DNA of 64,000 bases from Lingula anatina (lineage: Eukaryota > Animalia > Brachiopoda): the NCBI GenBank assembly GCA_051362555.1, contig CM120645.1, positions 23,216,934-23,280,933 on the forward strand, in the 5' to 3' direction. Numbering within the stretch: position 1 is the first letter of the stretch; each line of letters starts with the position of its first letter. The notes below the pieces were generated by a model that worked only from the letters and a program-made list of their open reading frames with translations, did not search any database and had not been told where the DNA came from. Shown here in pieces: positions 12,303-63,518 of the stretch. A program made the translations under genes and the position numbers.

Positions 12303-13215
12303 AGGCCCGTAGCCAGCAATTTCAAAAGGGGTGTTCTTTTTCTGAAAAAGTGGACCTTTTTCCATAAAAACTTCATGAACCTAGATCAAATTTTACCCAG
12401 AGTGGACCTTTTCCCACCAAAAGTGGCGGTTCTTTTGAACCCCCCGAACCCCCCCTGGCTACGGGCCTGCACACACACACACGGATTCAGACAACTTGCC
12501 CGAGGACGATGACTTCTTAACACTGACATGATCAGATTGGATGCAAGTTCTCTGATAGTGTAAATTAGTCCAGCTCTAGGACAGCCAAAGCCCTGGTCAA
12601 TTTTCACAATTTTCTATTTTATGCTTTTTGCGCAAGTGCTTTTTATACAGAAAGTGGTACTGCATTCAATGGTAGGACACAAACTGCATGCTCTCAGGAA
12701 ACATTCTACATCTTGGCACTCACTGGGGATTCTCTAACTTAATGAGCTGCTTGTTCATGGTAATTATTTACTGGTCCATGTTTGAGATTTACATCGGAAA
12801 CAGGTTTTTTGGAGAGTAAAGCAAATGAAAGGTTTTTCTGCCCTTTGAGTTTTGATCTTATCACAATTAGGATGTATTTGTGGCATCTTTAATTGGATTC
12901 TGAGCTGTTTGTTTGAAGAGTTGGACTGTTTAAAGGTAATCACGCAGGCATTCTTTTGTGTGCACACAGCTTCAGTTGCTGCAAATTTGATTACTCGCCC
13001 TGCCTCTTGTTTCCAAGTTTAGTAGAGGAGGGAACTGAAGAACTGAAGAAATTGGCAATACTGTTGATGTGGTTGTTATACGTTATCTTATACTTGCGTT
13101 ACCTTCTTTCTAGGACATAGAAAAACTTTCCCAGGAACTTCATCGTGTGCAGCAGCAGCAGCCCAAGGCCACCAGCACACCGCTGCCTTCGCCTTGCAAG
13201 AAAACAGACCAATGA
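153..13215 (+). CDS. GRIPAP1: GRIP1-associated protein 1 (GRASP-1) orthologue, spliced coiled-coil protein; last 24 coding exons, 5' part outside the window
   Basis: 24 AG..GT-bounded exons join in consistent phase into one open frame ending TGA at 13213-13215. The peptides RLQAQNAALQKNL, EKLKKKQESFCKLQEEKE, AEKRKQLLDELAI, NTKGWLERRL, LKDFKRQLHAERKRGEKLQERLQ, AMAEDL and GDENLKETNRKLQRMVEETLTKNMHLQ match vertebrate GRIPAP1 motifs as recalled. Confidence 0.92.
643..769 (+). CDS. GRIPAP1: GRIPAP1 coding exon (DQEKYKKEISDLKQ...HDS)
   Basis: ttttcaag acceptor, gtaaat donor, phase 1 to 2 fits both neighbours. Confidence 0.75.
1153..1214 (+). CDS. GRIPAP1: GRIPAP1 coding exon (DGSVEAAIGGDTAASPTNPP)
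   Basis: ttccag acceptor, gtaagt donor, phase 2 to 1. Confidence 0.75.
1222..1406. mobile_element. Degenerate MITE related to the element at 15791
   Basis: Shares the tagatcga..aactcgc.gggg left arm and tagatcgatcta...tgggaatg right arm with 15791..15997; boundaries approximate. Confidence 0.45.
1707..1784 (+). CDS. GRIPAP1: GRIPAP1 coding exon (VLPQKSAPSVDVESHKLEEYIQENS)
   Basis: poly-T ccag acceptor, gtgagt donor, phase 1 to 1. Confidence 0.8.
1988..2058 (+). CDS. GRIPAP1: GRIPAP1 coding exon (LRLSLDTEKEENNMLKQQLEELE)
   Basis: ttctcag acceptor, gtaagt donor. Confidence 0.85.
2410..2457 (+). CDS. GRIPAP1: GRIPAP1 coding exon (KSRLDQVNSLQEEVDK)
   Basis: ctccag acceptor, gtgagt donor, 48 nt. 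Confidence 0.85.
2633..2664 (+). CDS. GRIPAP1: GRIPAP1 small coding exon (MQEKLKKKQE)
   Basis: ttttag acceptor, gtatgt donor; matches the EKLKKKQES motif. Confidence 0.85.
2929..2976 (+). CDS. GRIPAP1: GRIPAP1 coding exon (FCKLQEEKEVHFRET)
   Basis: ttttacag acceptor, gtgagg donor, phase 2 to 2. Confidence 0.85.
3180..3279 (+). CDS. GRIPAP1: GRIPAP1 coding exon (QKIDELQASKERDNKYFRDHIAKLKEELEKMKE)
   Basis: tttccag acceptor, gtaaaa donor. Confidence 0.85.
3515..3592 (+). CDS. GRIPAP1: GRIPAP1 coding exon (VLEEQKSQSSQTITELQETVSTLQSQ)
   Basis: ctcttag acceptor, gtatgg donor, 78 nt. Confidence 0.8.
3868..4002 (+). CDS. GRIPAP1: GRIPAP1 coding exon (VNSSSEEQLHQLEAQ...VCKQLE)
   Basis: aacag acceptor, gtaagc donor, 135 nt, coiled-coil composition. 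Confidence 0.8.
4224..4319 (+). CDS. GRIPAP1: GRIPAP1 coding exon (ESQKEKDTLQQKL...LQEASK)
   Basis: ttcag acceptor, gtaagc donor, 96 nt. Confidence 0.82.
4553..4699 (+). CDS. GRIPAP1: GRIPAP1 coding exon (IAEKRKQLLDELAIKYQ...TEEK)
   Basis: gtag acceptor, gtgagg donor, 147 nt; conserved AEKRKxxLDELA motif. Confidence 0.9.
4896..4934. repeat. (CA)n microsatellite
   Basis: direct reading. Confidence 0.95.
5110..5223 (+). CDS. GRIPAP1: GRIPAP1 coding exon (TKVSQLEKL...NTKGWLERRLQEVE)
   Basis: tttttcag acceptor, gtgact donor, 114 nt. Confidence 0.88.
5403..5513 (+). CDS. GRIPAP1: GRIPAP1 coding exon (EELDATKVNYESQ...QSQAAIQQ)
   Basis: aacag acceptor, gtatgt donor, 111 nt; its 3' end is the first unit of the 74-bp tandem repeat. 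Confidence 0.82.
5481..6148 (+). repeat. Minisatellite, 9 copies of a 74-bp unit spanning an exon/intron junction
   Basis: Unit agtctgaggcagagtcaggcagccatccagcag|gtatgtcagccagtttactatcccactgttgtaattataat starts at 5481, 5555, 5629 ... 6073; copies are near identical. Confidence 0.97.
6703..6777 (+). CDS. GRIPAP1: GRIPAP1 coding exon (ELEDKIQTLTEEQQEQNISIDNLKQ)
   Basis: ttatag acceptor, gtacat donor, 75 nt. Confidence 0.82.
7105..7161 (+). CDS. GRIPAP1: GRIPAP1 coding exon (QIKDKEEEMRIHEKKGAST)
   Basis: tttttcacag acceptor, gtgagt donor; RIxEKKG motif. Confidence 0.88.
7251..7348 (+). repeat. Dispersed repeat fragment, similar to 25961..26060
   Basis: ttaattaa..aatggatca...gttcta.gttagcccat...tgaaa.ttttatcaaaa is shared by both loci. 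Confidence 0.6.
7450..7552 (+). CDS. GRIPAP1: GRIPAP1 coding exon (LKDFKRQLHAERKRGEKLQERLQ...)
   Basis: attcag acceptor, gtaggt donor; strongly conserved motif. Confidence 0.92.
8041..8098 (+). CDS. GRIPAP1: GRIPAP1 coding exon (AEELLMGKDPESRYKGDN)
   Basis: ttttcag acceptor, gtgagt donor, phase 1 to 2. Confidence 0.82.
8142..8349. mobile_element. MITE with about 55-bp imperfect TIRs, TA-flanked; same family as 50287..50490
   Basis: cattcagaacc..gttgatc..ctaactagtc.gggg.tcaaatatgg and its reverse complement at the right end. Confidence 0.8.
8876..8948 (+). CDS. GRIPAP1: GRIPAP1 coding exon (SISSWSGISGNKDTLSNSNYSASQ)
   Basis: tttcag acceptor, gtagga donor; SISS motif. Confidence 0.82.
9146..9306. 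repeat. Compound (CA)n microsatellite
   Basis: direct reading. Confidence 0.9.
9336..9446 (+). CDS. GRIPAP1: GRIPAP1 coding exon (SPDEGSV...RVAELQQQNWNLQEQ)
   Basis: ttccag acceptor, gtgggt donor, 111 nt. Confidence 0.88.
9447..9705 (+). repeat. Degenerate G-rich tandem repeat built on gggtcacaggtgggt
   Basis: about 8 copies of the CAG|GTRGGT-like core directly after the exon donor. Confidence 0.8.
10065..10158 (+). CDS. GRIPAP1: GRIPAP1 coding exon (VNMLESSNAAMAEDLIQKTAVIDHYVKEGRP)
   Basis: ctag acceptor, gtaagc donor; MAEDL motif. Confidence 0.9.
10540..10691 (+). CDS. GRIPAP1: GRIPAP1 coding exon (YVHTPKDEKL...GDENLKETNRKLQRMVEETLTKNMHLQE)
   Basis: tttcag acceptor, gtatgc donor; conserved C-terminal motif. 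Confidence 0.92.
11613..11694. repeat. (CT)n microsatellite
   Basis: direct reading. Confidence 0.97.
12302..12469. mobile_element. hAT-like MITE with perfect 15-bp TIR, inserted in a (CA)n tract
   Basis: caggcccgtagccag ... ctggctacgggcctg; TSD obscured by the CA repeat; superfamily inferred only from CAG termini. Confidence 0.8.
13114..13215 (+). CDS. GRIPAP1: GRIPAP1 terminal coding exon (DIEKLSQELHRV...KTDQ*)
   Basis: ctttctag acceptor, DxExLSQE motif, TGA stop followed by AATAAA at 13247. Confidence 0.88.
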   Translation, partial: DIEKLSQELHRVQQQQPKATSTPLPSPCKKTDQ

Positions 13216-13246
13216 GATCACAGATGGATAAGAAACAATGTATTTT

Positions 13247-13252
13247 AATAAA
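13247..13252 (+). terminator. Candidate polyadenylation signal for GRIPAP1
   Basis: AATAAA 32 nt after the stop; further AATAAA copies lie downstream, so the real 3' end is uncertain. Confidence 0.4.
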
Positions 13253-15790
13253 ATAACTATGTATCTATAACTAAGATCAAACTAAAGAGAGTGGGTTGAC
13301 CAAACCAGGGATTTGTAAATAGGATATCCAATGTAACAGGATTATGCTGGCAGAAATATTATTTTCAGATAGAAAACTGTTTTAAACAAATAAAGTCAGT
13401 CTCAATCAGTTAATTGATGGGCTATAAAATTATATTGATTAAATTGATTTTGAATTTAGTTTTATTCTGAGGACCATTACTTGAAGTGATGTACTCAAAA
13501 AAAGTGAAAAGCAGGACCTTTTAAACAGCTAAATTATAGTGCTGCTTATTTCTCAAGGTGAAGATAGAAATATATGATTATTTGGAAGTCACTTTTTCAA
13601 TGGACTAACAACTGCAATCTCAATAACAATACTATTATATTTGATTTCTTTGTGGTCAAAACTGAGATAAAATGAGATACAGAGGTATCTAAAGCATATA
13701 GCCATTCTCCAAGGCTTGGAACCCTGCATGTGCGAATACTGTTAGATAAAAATATTGCTGTGGTAATTAATAAGCTCAACAGGTGACTAATACAAAGTGT
13801 ATGTATTTTTATTTTCATGCTTTTTGTTCTTGCACTGTATGAATACTCGTGTGATGTGTGCTAAAAAGTGTCCAATGTAGATACATGTAAATGTTAGTGG
13901 TATTAAAATTATTATTGGTAGCTCGCTAGATCAACGTTATAATAAGAATATGAAGTATAATTGTATTGGTGCTATATTTAAAAAGATATCTGGGATTTTG
14001 TTGTCAGCGGCTAATTTAGGGGATCAGGTAGTTGAATGTGGGTAGTGAGGCAATATGCTTTGCAACTTGTTAATTAGCAGGTATAAGGAAAATTATATCT
14101 ATAAATTAGATATTCAATATTGTAACTCTTGGTAAGTAGTTCTCGTGTTATTTTCATTAACTGCTCTGGTTCAAAATGTTTTAAATATTCACAAATTTTA
14201 TTAATATATATATTATTGAATGAGTTAAGGTTAAAGGGATAATAACTCTTCGTATGAGATCTATATTTCACAATAAAAACATTGTGAATAACTCACAGAA
14301 GTATGATATATTCTGTTGTACCACAAAAATGGCAGTTTTAAAAAGCTATTATTCTGATATCTGAGCTTGTCTTTAGACCACGTGACCTCCATTGATAGCT
14401 ATACTCTGTTATAATCTCTTAAGAGATTATTAAAAAAAAAAAAACTTTTCTAAAAAAAACAAGGACTAACTTTGAATGTAAAAATGGATTCATTAACCAT
14501 TGGTAAGTACGGAAAATTGTTGTTTACTCCAGGAAAATTCATTTTTTGGCCAAAACAAAGAGTTATTATCCCTTTAATACAATGCCTGGAATTGTTTATT
14601 TATTTCTTTATTTATCTTTTGACAGCAAATCTACCATCATTTCAGTTTGGAAAATGTAAGCATAAATATAGCTCCTGAATACAAGGTAAATGCATGGAAC
14701 AGGAGTCAATATTTATATAATATATATTAGCATATAATTTCAGTTAGTGCTGAAAATTAATAAGGCCATGTGTTTCACTGCCACAGCTTATAATGACAGA
14801 TAAGGGCAAAGTATTTTACAGATGATAGTTTGTTATGTAATGACTATTATTTGTCTTTTTTAGACATTAATCCTTCAACATATAAACGTGTATGGCATTA
14901 GATATTTGTCATTGCAGTGATAGATGAATACGGAAATTACTCTTTTCAACGGACAAAAATTATCAAACTTTTAAATACAAAAAGTCATATTTCTATATAG
15001 TATTTCTATGAAGCACACTGCATAGAATATAACCATAGAGTAACCTGCTTTTAAATTTTGTTGTTACCAGTCGACAGGAATGTTATTATAGGAAATAAAG
15101 ATAGAGTATCTGTAAAATTTACAATCTTCCCACATTGAAAAACTCGAGGAGTTACCGTACTTTTAGTAAAAATAAGTTACAGTTGGCAAAGTTGGATGCA
15201 GATTTCCTCTCTAGGGATTTGATGATAACTGTCAAATTCATAAATAGCGTAGGTTTTGGAGTGATGGCTGTTCTTGGGTAAGGTGCGCTTTATTTTGATA
15301 TTTTTAAAACACGTTCTCTCCCACGTTCCTCCTGCTATATGTTCGTTGTAAAATCTCTCCAAGGTTTAGTTGATGAAATGTGTGTGTGTCTGTGCAAGGA
15401 TAAATGAGTAGCCGAATATATTCCTCAAGAAATTTATTATTTTAATGATCAAATATGTATGCTGTCATGAGGCAATTTGTGCGTTGTAAATTATCGAGAC
15501 TGTCGAAATAAATGGCAATATTTTTTCTTGATTAAGTATTACATGTTTACGTTAATCATTTTAGATGCTGTGCTCAATCTACGTGAAGGGAGGCTGGGTT
15601 GAACTATCATCGTTTTTGTGCACAGATGAATGCTACTCTGAATAAATAAAACACGATAAACGACAATTTGATGCAGTTTTATTATTTATTTATGAATTGA
15701 ATTTGAATGAGATGTTGGGTGGGTCTCTGTGCTCTATGCATCCTTTCTAGACGTATCTACCAAGCGGGACGATCTCGTCAACACGTTGAA

Positions 15791-15997
15791 GGGCTCATTC
15801 CCAATGAAAGTATCGTTCTACGTAGATCGATCCAACTTCGCGGGGTCCCTCGCTGAGTGCAATCAGTGTAACGGCGGTGAGTAGACTACAGAAAATCTGG
15901 TGATACCAGTAAGCTGGAAACGCGGAGGCTTCTGGTTACGTTCAGCAAGAGGTTAGATCGATCTACGTAGAGCGATATTTCCATTGGGAATGAGCCC
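15791..15997. mobile_element. MITE with about 46-bp imperfect TIRs
   Basis: gggctcattcccaatg.aa.tatcg.tctacgtagatcgatc and its reverse complement; no clean TSD. Confidence 0.82.
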
Positions 15998-17347
15998 TGT
16001 TTAATCTCAGGACTGTCTGCATTTATACATAAATAGAGACTTTTTTTCCGCCTGTTCATCACGCTAATTACGAAACCACCACACTTGAAATAAAAGCAAA
16101 AACGCTCTGTTATTATTAACGCATAGAATACGGGAAAGCGCAGTCCTGTATCCTCCCTTTTATAACTAAAAATATACAGAGTTATACGTAGATAAGGAAG
16201 TTCTAGTCGCATGGATATTTCTGTTGGTGCCCCGTAGCGGAAGAAGAATAATCGAGTTATCATGTCGTTAGGCATGTGGCTACCCATCTGATGATATACA
16301 TAGCACGCTGACGCACATAGGAACGCTGTTGCTGGAATAATGAGCATCGAGGATCGTCTTGGAGGGGCGGCTGGTATCGTACACACGATGAACTGATCTC
16401 GGTTGCGTTCACACGGGGCGTAAGTTGAAAACGTTAATGATTCTGAAACGCGTCAGCAGGCGAAACAATTACGGAAGGATTCCCTTGCGATTCAATCAAA
16501 AACTCCCTGGTGGATTGAACTGCACTACGGTTGACATGGTTTGTATCGCTAACGGTTAAAATTCAGCTCTGTATGAACGCGACTTCAAATTGGTTAACTA
16601 GCAAACCGTTGCGGTACCTTGGCGGAGGCAGTGGCGCGTGATAAGTGTCACTCGTCATCGAATGCACTGGTCTTTCGAACCAAGCGGCTTTTCTTCAAAA
16701 TAAGCGTACAACAAAAGTGTACAATTACATCTAATATAAATGGAATAAGTAGAAGGGACCGTATAAGGGATTTTGGCACGCGAAAATGCAGTTAAATTTT
16801 CCTGGCGTTACCAAGGATTTTCTTTTACTTAGCGTTCCACACTCCCCACTGTCTCTTTAATTCCACACTTGGAAACACCCTGTAACTCTCTGTACTTGTA
16901 TACTCCTAAGACCAGTTTTTTTTCACTTGGCTGAAGCTGAAGGAACGGCAACATGCTATTTCACTTGGCCTTTTCAATCAATCAATTTATATTGATATGA
17001 TGATCTCAATATAAAATAAAGAACGCAATGCGACCTCAGGATATCATCACAACCTATCTACAATGGAAATATGAGGTTTTAAAACAACACATTTAACTTA
17101 ATTTCTAATTTCATTACAAGCGTTGTCAAATTAAGTTTTTACAAGATTACGTAAAAATTGCACGGCAAAACAACAAGTACTGCAGTAAAACAGGTACATG
17201 TGCTTTCACTATATAGAATATGTTTATACTATGTAAGACCTGCTTTAAATATTTTGAATTAAATATCAGTTCTGTTGTATTTACATTATTTGTCAAGTTC
17301 AGGCCCTGCTTTCCTTCGCCTTATCCCTACACACACGCACGCGCGCG

Positions 17348-17397
<50 letters not shown>

Positions 17398-17552
17398 AAC
17401 TTGACAATAAAGTTGAAACCATCAGATTTTCATCAGTAAATAGCGAACTGATCGAGTAAAGAAGAGATTAACACCACGGCCAGGTCAACGGGTCAGAGTG
17501 ACACGCAAATCTGGAGTTTGATATCTGTGAACTAGCGGTGAATATGCCGAAA

Positions 17553-17728
17553 ATATAACGCGACTTTCTCTTTTAAAACATACTTCAAGAGTTTTATTTT
17601 TTAGGAATTTGCGTAATTTTAGATTTAATAGAAATAACGCACTATATAACGCAGCTTTCTCTTAACATTTTTCAGGAGATTTATTTCTAGGAATTTGCGT
17701 AAATTTCAGGTTTAATAAAAATAACGCA
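17553..17728 (+). repeat. Two-copy direct duplication of about 90 bp
   Basis: atataacgc..ctttctc...aggaatttgcgtaa...tttaata.aaataacgca occurs twice in tandem. Confidence 0.75.
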
Positions 17729-18392
17729 AACTAAAATAACATCCTATGTACTCTTGTTTTAAAGGATTCCACACACAAAAAATGTTATAACCTCACAAAA
17801 GCCACAAGGTTCAAGGGGAAAATATTTCTTTAAATACCTTCAAATGACTGTATTTTTTACTGATGAAACGTTTTTTTTTAATATATATTTAAACCAGTTT
17901 ATAGAAACTGCCTGGTCTAATTTTATTTATAAAAACCATCGAGTTTTGTGATCAATATCCATTATTTGACCGAGATCTGCTGACGGCTAGTGTTTTGAGT
18001 GTATGAATAAGGTCAAGTTATCATTGGGTCCCAAGGGAAAATGTGAAAACCTTAACCAAAATCGCTCTCATGGCGCGTAACGCTCCAAAATTCGCTTCCC
18101 GATTTGAAAGTGATAGATTGCTCCTCTAAATCGAGTAACGATCCCGGAGTATTATGGTTACGGAAGCATTTTGTAATAAATTGGAGAGAGACATGGATTA
18201 CGCATATAACTCATTAACAATTTAGGATATCATTTCCAACGTACCGCAACCACGGTCTCTAAATAACGACAAAGGTTTGGGTCAATCTCATGATTAAGGA
18301 AATACTATTTCTATTCATTTATATTTCATAATTAGCTTCTAAAAGAGTATCATAGGAGAAAAAAATATCCCAACTACATGTACAATAAGGCT

Positions 18393-18427
<35 letters not shown>

Positions 18428-19172
18428 GGGGGTGAGAGAGAGAGAGAGTGGGAGAGAGATTTTGAGCATGCCCAAAATATTTTTTTGCTACTGCCAACAA
18501 ACTTCAAATGCCAGCCTCTGTATAAATTTAAAACAAGATGATTGTTTTTCGGCTGGCATAAGTATAGAAGTAGGGTAGTATTTTAAACCAACTCAATGTT
18601 AAACATCATAATCAATATTTCAAGACTGACAGATCAGTTCTCAGATACCTGCGCAATAGATAAATTAATATGTATATTTTTAGATGGGGGTGTATATACA
18701 TGTATCTATTAAGCCGAACTTAGAGTTTTTTGGGGTGCAAAAATACTGACGCAACAATTTCATTGAATTTATTATTATTTTTTATTATTATTATTATTGT
18801 TGTTGTTGTTGTTGTTACATCCAGTGCAAGACAATTATCACTATTAAACTCAGAAAATATTGTTCGAAATATTTTTATACCACTTCTTCCAAGCGGAATG
18901 AACGGTAGCATACATTCCTTAGATTTCTGTAATTTTTGAACTAAAGTATAGTAGACTTCAAAAGACGCTTATATACACAAAGGCTATAATACACCGGAGA
19001 ATAAGACGAGGGGACAAAAAATGTTCACTTAAACTGCCCCCCCCCCCTTAGATTCAATATCACAATCCTTTGCACAGGGTTTTCAGTCAGATTTTCAGTC
19101 CAGTAAGTTACTGCATTAACTCTGAAGATAATTCAGGTAGGCGACCGATAGGCGACCGCCGTCCGTGTTTAA

Positions 19173-19396
19173 GGCTTCGTTCACATGAAAAATCTATTTT
19201 CTAAAAATCTATTTTCTATTCGCGGTATCTTGTGATCACGGTCTGTGTCCTGAATACCCCGCGGCGTAATTACTAGCAGCGCGAGCCAGTTACTTCCAAA
19301 GCTGTAATTAATTCTCGGCTGCGCTCGGAGTGATCAGAAGATACCGCGAATAGAAAATAGATTTTTAGAAAATAGATTTTTCATGTGAACGGAGTC
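19173..19396. mobile_element. PIF/Harbinger (Tourist-like) MITE, about 67-bp near-perfect TIRs, TAA TSD
   Basis: cgttcacatgaaaaatctattttctaaaaatctattttctattcgcggtatctt.tgatcac is inverted at both ends; TAA at 19170-19172 and 19397-19399. Confidence 0.9.
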
Positions 19397-22300
19397 TAAG
19401 CCTAATATCCCAGTGATGCTAGTTCCGTGATTGAGGGCGCCATGCCCCCACCTCGTGAAAGGGGGGAGACCCCGGTTCAGACGTCAAACGCTGGTCATTG
19501 TCTCTGCCTGCGACTCCATACCCCACGCGACTCATGTGAACGATTGGCTCTCTTCCTGTCAAATCACCTGAAACACCTGCGGCCTGATGAATACCAGGCA
19601 GAAATAACACTGGGAAACAAATAAGGCATAACGACTTCACGACCCATATTTTCCCGCAATAGAAAGTGTATTTAATACAATTCTTGCTACAGACAACACC
19701 CCAGCGCCTCGAGCGGAAACTGAGTTTATTTGATTCTACAGAAGAAATGCTCAGTAAACATGCTCCTTTGTGGCTGTTGGAATCCACAGTGGTTTAAATA
19801 TGCGCAACTTAGTTTATAACTGGAGATCGTGTTTGGTCACATCAAACGACGCTTCGTTTACCCAGCACATACGCCCTTTGTTACCTGAGCTTTATTTTGA
19901 TAAATATGCTTTCTTAAACACAACAAACCGTGAATTGAAACGCTCTTAAAGAAAATATACGGTGGGGGTCCAATATGCCCCATTTTTAAGTAGAAGCCAT
20001 TGTTTATTTTTGCATTTGCCTTTGTGTAAGCAATTAAAACTCTGTTTTCACAATATTGACTTTACCATTCGACTTCATTACGACCTGCCTAGACCCGCGT
20101 TTTATTTAGAAATGGCATCACAGTCCAAATACGACCAACACATACATAAAAATTCGCCTGAAAAATAACATGGCTATCTTAAATCTGATATAAAAGACAG
20201 CAACGCATCCGTCACCTGCTGTTTGCCGCGACTCTCGTGGAACACTGCTGGGATTAAGACAGATTCTAATTTCATACTTTGCTGGCCCTTTGTTGCACGT
20301 TTTCTTATTTCGCCACTGCTTTTGTCAAAATTGAAAATATTTAAGCGATCACTTTCAATGCACTGCTAGAGTTTATGTTTTCTCAAACAACACTCGCCTT
20401 TCTCACAACACAAATCGCAAATGGTGCTCCAAATCAGCGGCACGTCTAGCTGATGTTTTTCTTGTTTTGAAATAGTTCTTTAAAAATCCACATTTATGTT
20501 TGGACAAGGAGTTTATTACGAAATCCAAGCTATTCATTGTTCCTAAGAAAATAATGACTTATGAAATAAGAAATTGAAAGATATAATTTTGTTTATAATA
20601 AGTAAGAAAAGTGACGACCAGCCGTCCTTTGATATAACTGCTGAATACAGGTGTATTTCTGGAGGGCGTTCTTCAGTTTACCGATACGTTTCTCTTAATG
20701 GGTTTATCAACTTTTCCCTTATGATTCGGCACCTGTTTCTAGTACTGGCATAGTAACAACCAAATAAAACCTGCGCACAACACACACACACACAAAAACT
20801 TTGCTCAATAATTTTCGTAGCTGTTTGTGTGGGTTTGAACTTGGCATTTCCAAAAAACTGCGTCTTGATAAAGCTCTGGAAGAAACGCACTTGTTAAACC
20901 AAGCCTTACTAAACTAAGCTATAATGCATATCTGATTTTAAACCCTGACCGAGATTTTAATCTTAAAAGATCAGTTGACTAAAGTCTTGCACGTGAAATA
21001 AGCCTGATTTTTGTACAATAGAACTTGTATAATAGAGGCGAAATATGCTTATGACCCCAGAAAATAAGCTAATGGCTCTATAAAAGACCCATTTCTTGGG
21101 TTTAACTTTTAAGTTTATTTCATACAATTTAAGGACACAATGACATTGTTCAACATATTCACATAATTTCCAGCTGCAGCTAACTTGACTAGCAGGCAAC
21201 ATGAAAGTCCTTGCACACTGAACATTTAGTTTGCTTGCAGCTCGCAACCATTTTTTCTTTTCTCGGAGACAATCAGCTTCCCAACTCTTCTTACCTGTCT
21301 TTATAGGCCTACTTATTGGCATTTAACACCAACTCCTCGGGCTGAGAAATTCAGCCAATTGCAAAAGCATGCTACCTTTGTTAAAAAATGAAAATCAAAA
21401 TAGGCTTAAAGAGTTTTAAAAAATCCAGCTTACGAATGATGTCACTACTTTTCCGGGAACTGCTCCTGGCTAATGGATAGACAAACAGAGTGGGTGGGTG
21501 GGGGGAGGTGGAGAACCGACAGATAACATTGGTTCCGAGATACTTATAAAGGTACCCATCAATGAGATGGCGAAGTGACAGACAGACAGACAGACAGACA
21601 GCATTGACTTCAAGGCATACAGGCCTATAGCAAGCAATTTCAGAGGGACAATTAAAAAAGTAGACATTTTTACCCCCAGCAGCTGATCCAACCTAAGAAA
21701 TGGAATAGAACCTAAATCAGTTTTAATTAAGAGCGTACCTTGTCGGGCCAAAAGGGCGGTTCTTACGGTGTTAAATCTTGGGTATTTTTAAAACTTTATG
21801 TTTACTGTAAGAAGTTATAAATTTATTCATTCATAATTTTATTTATTTATTTATTTATTTATCAAAATAATGTGTGAAATATATATATGTCGGAATGGCG
21901 TCTAGGTTTACCAAAGTGAAAGACAACGCTAGGCCACGTCTGACTCTTTATGGGCTAGTACAGAACAATTCTTTAGTGACTCAGCTGTCCGTGTTATGTC
22001 TGTATTCTAACGTATTCTAACAAGATGTTGGCAGCAGAAGTGTTCATAATAAATCCGAGTGAAAAGATCGAACAAAATCGCCGGACAAACGGATTACTTC
22101 CTGATTAGACTACTGTTTCCTAATGGATGTGGGCGCAGCTGTAGCATTCTGATGCGAGATCCGGAAATTAGAGCCAACAGACCGTAGCACGGTTGATCTT
22201 CCATCCTTTTGTTTACTTTCTAGCTGGCATGCACCAGAAAATACGGTCGAAAATACACGAGTGCGCCGCCAGTTCATTACTCCAACTATTTTGTCCCAAG

Positions 22301-23104
22301 CCCCAAAGCGGCGCACGTATTGATTCGTCGACTGGCCACAGTAGCTCCTTTGGTTACGAGGTAATTCATACAGACAACTCAACCGTACTAAGCCTTGCAA
22401 ATATTGGAAAAATGAGAGTGGCGAAGAATAAAGAACTCTATTGAATCGCATTATTGGATCTTTGTAAGATTTATTGAATCAACCTGTAAAGCAAAGTAAA
22501 ATAACGACCCCAATCAAATTCTAAGTAAAAACACATTGCAGCTAGGAGAGTTTCTGCGGTTATAGAAGCCAAAAATATAGGCATAAAAGGAGAAAATTCG
22601 AATTTTTCTTAATTGGCACCCTTTCCTGGCGTCGTGTATGTGTGCAGGCGGCCGAGAACGGTGGCTACGTCAGCCGGTTCTAAATTCTCCCAACTCGCTG
22701 CTCCAATAATCCATACACAGCCAGATATCGATTAGAAGGCCAGGCAACATGGCGCAGGCTGGCAAGACTTATGGATCGACGGGAGAAATAGTCATGTTCG
22801 CCAGGTTCCAAACAGACTTCGGACACCGGACACGCACTTAAGGGTTGTCCACTAAATGCGCTAACATCTACGTTAATTCAAATGTGATTTATGGGTCGTA
22901 TAATAATGCACGCACCGCCTAAACTTACCGTGTCGAAGCTACAAAACGGTGGTGTTATCCAATACTAGCTAGGGTCTATTAGCGAACCGGACCGAGTGTG
23001 TGAGTGTGGGTAATAATAGTTGGGCTCCTATTTTAATTCACAGGCTGTGCTGTACACCTTGTAGTGAAGGGAAGCTGTAGCGTTAGCAGGCAGTATCAAG
23101 CAGC

Positions 23105-63518
<40,414 letters not shown>

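Noticed and set aside
15886-16386. 166-aa minus-strand ORF
   Set aside because: Overlaps a MITE and CpG-rich promoter-like DNA; no recognisable motif.
19420-19500. tRNA/SINE-like ggagaccccggttcaga motif; A-box-like motif near 28238
   Set aside because: No cloverleaf or paired A and B boxes could be built.
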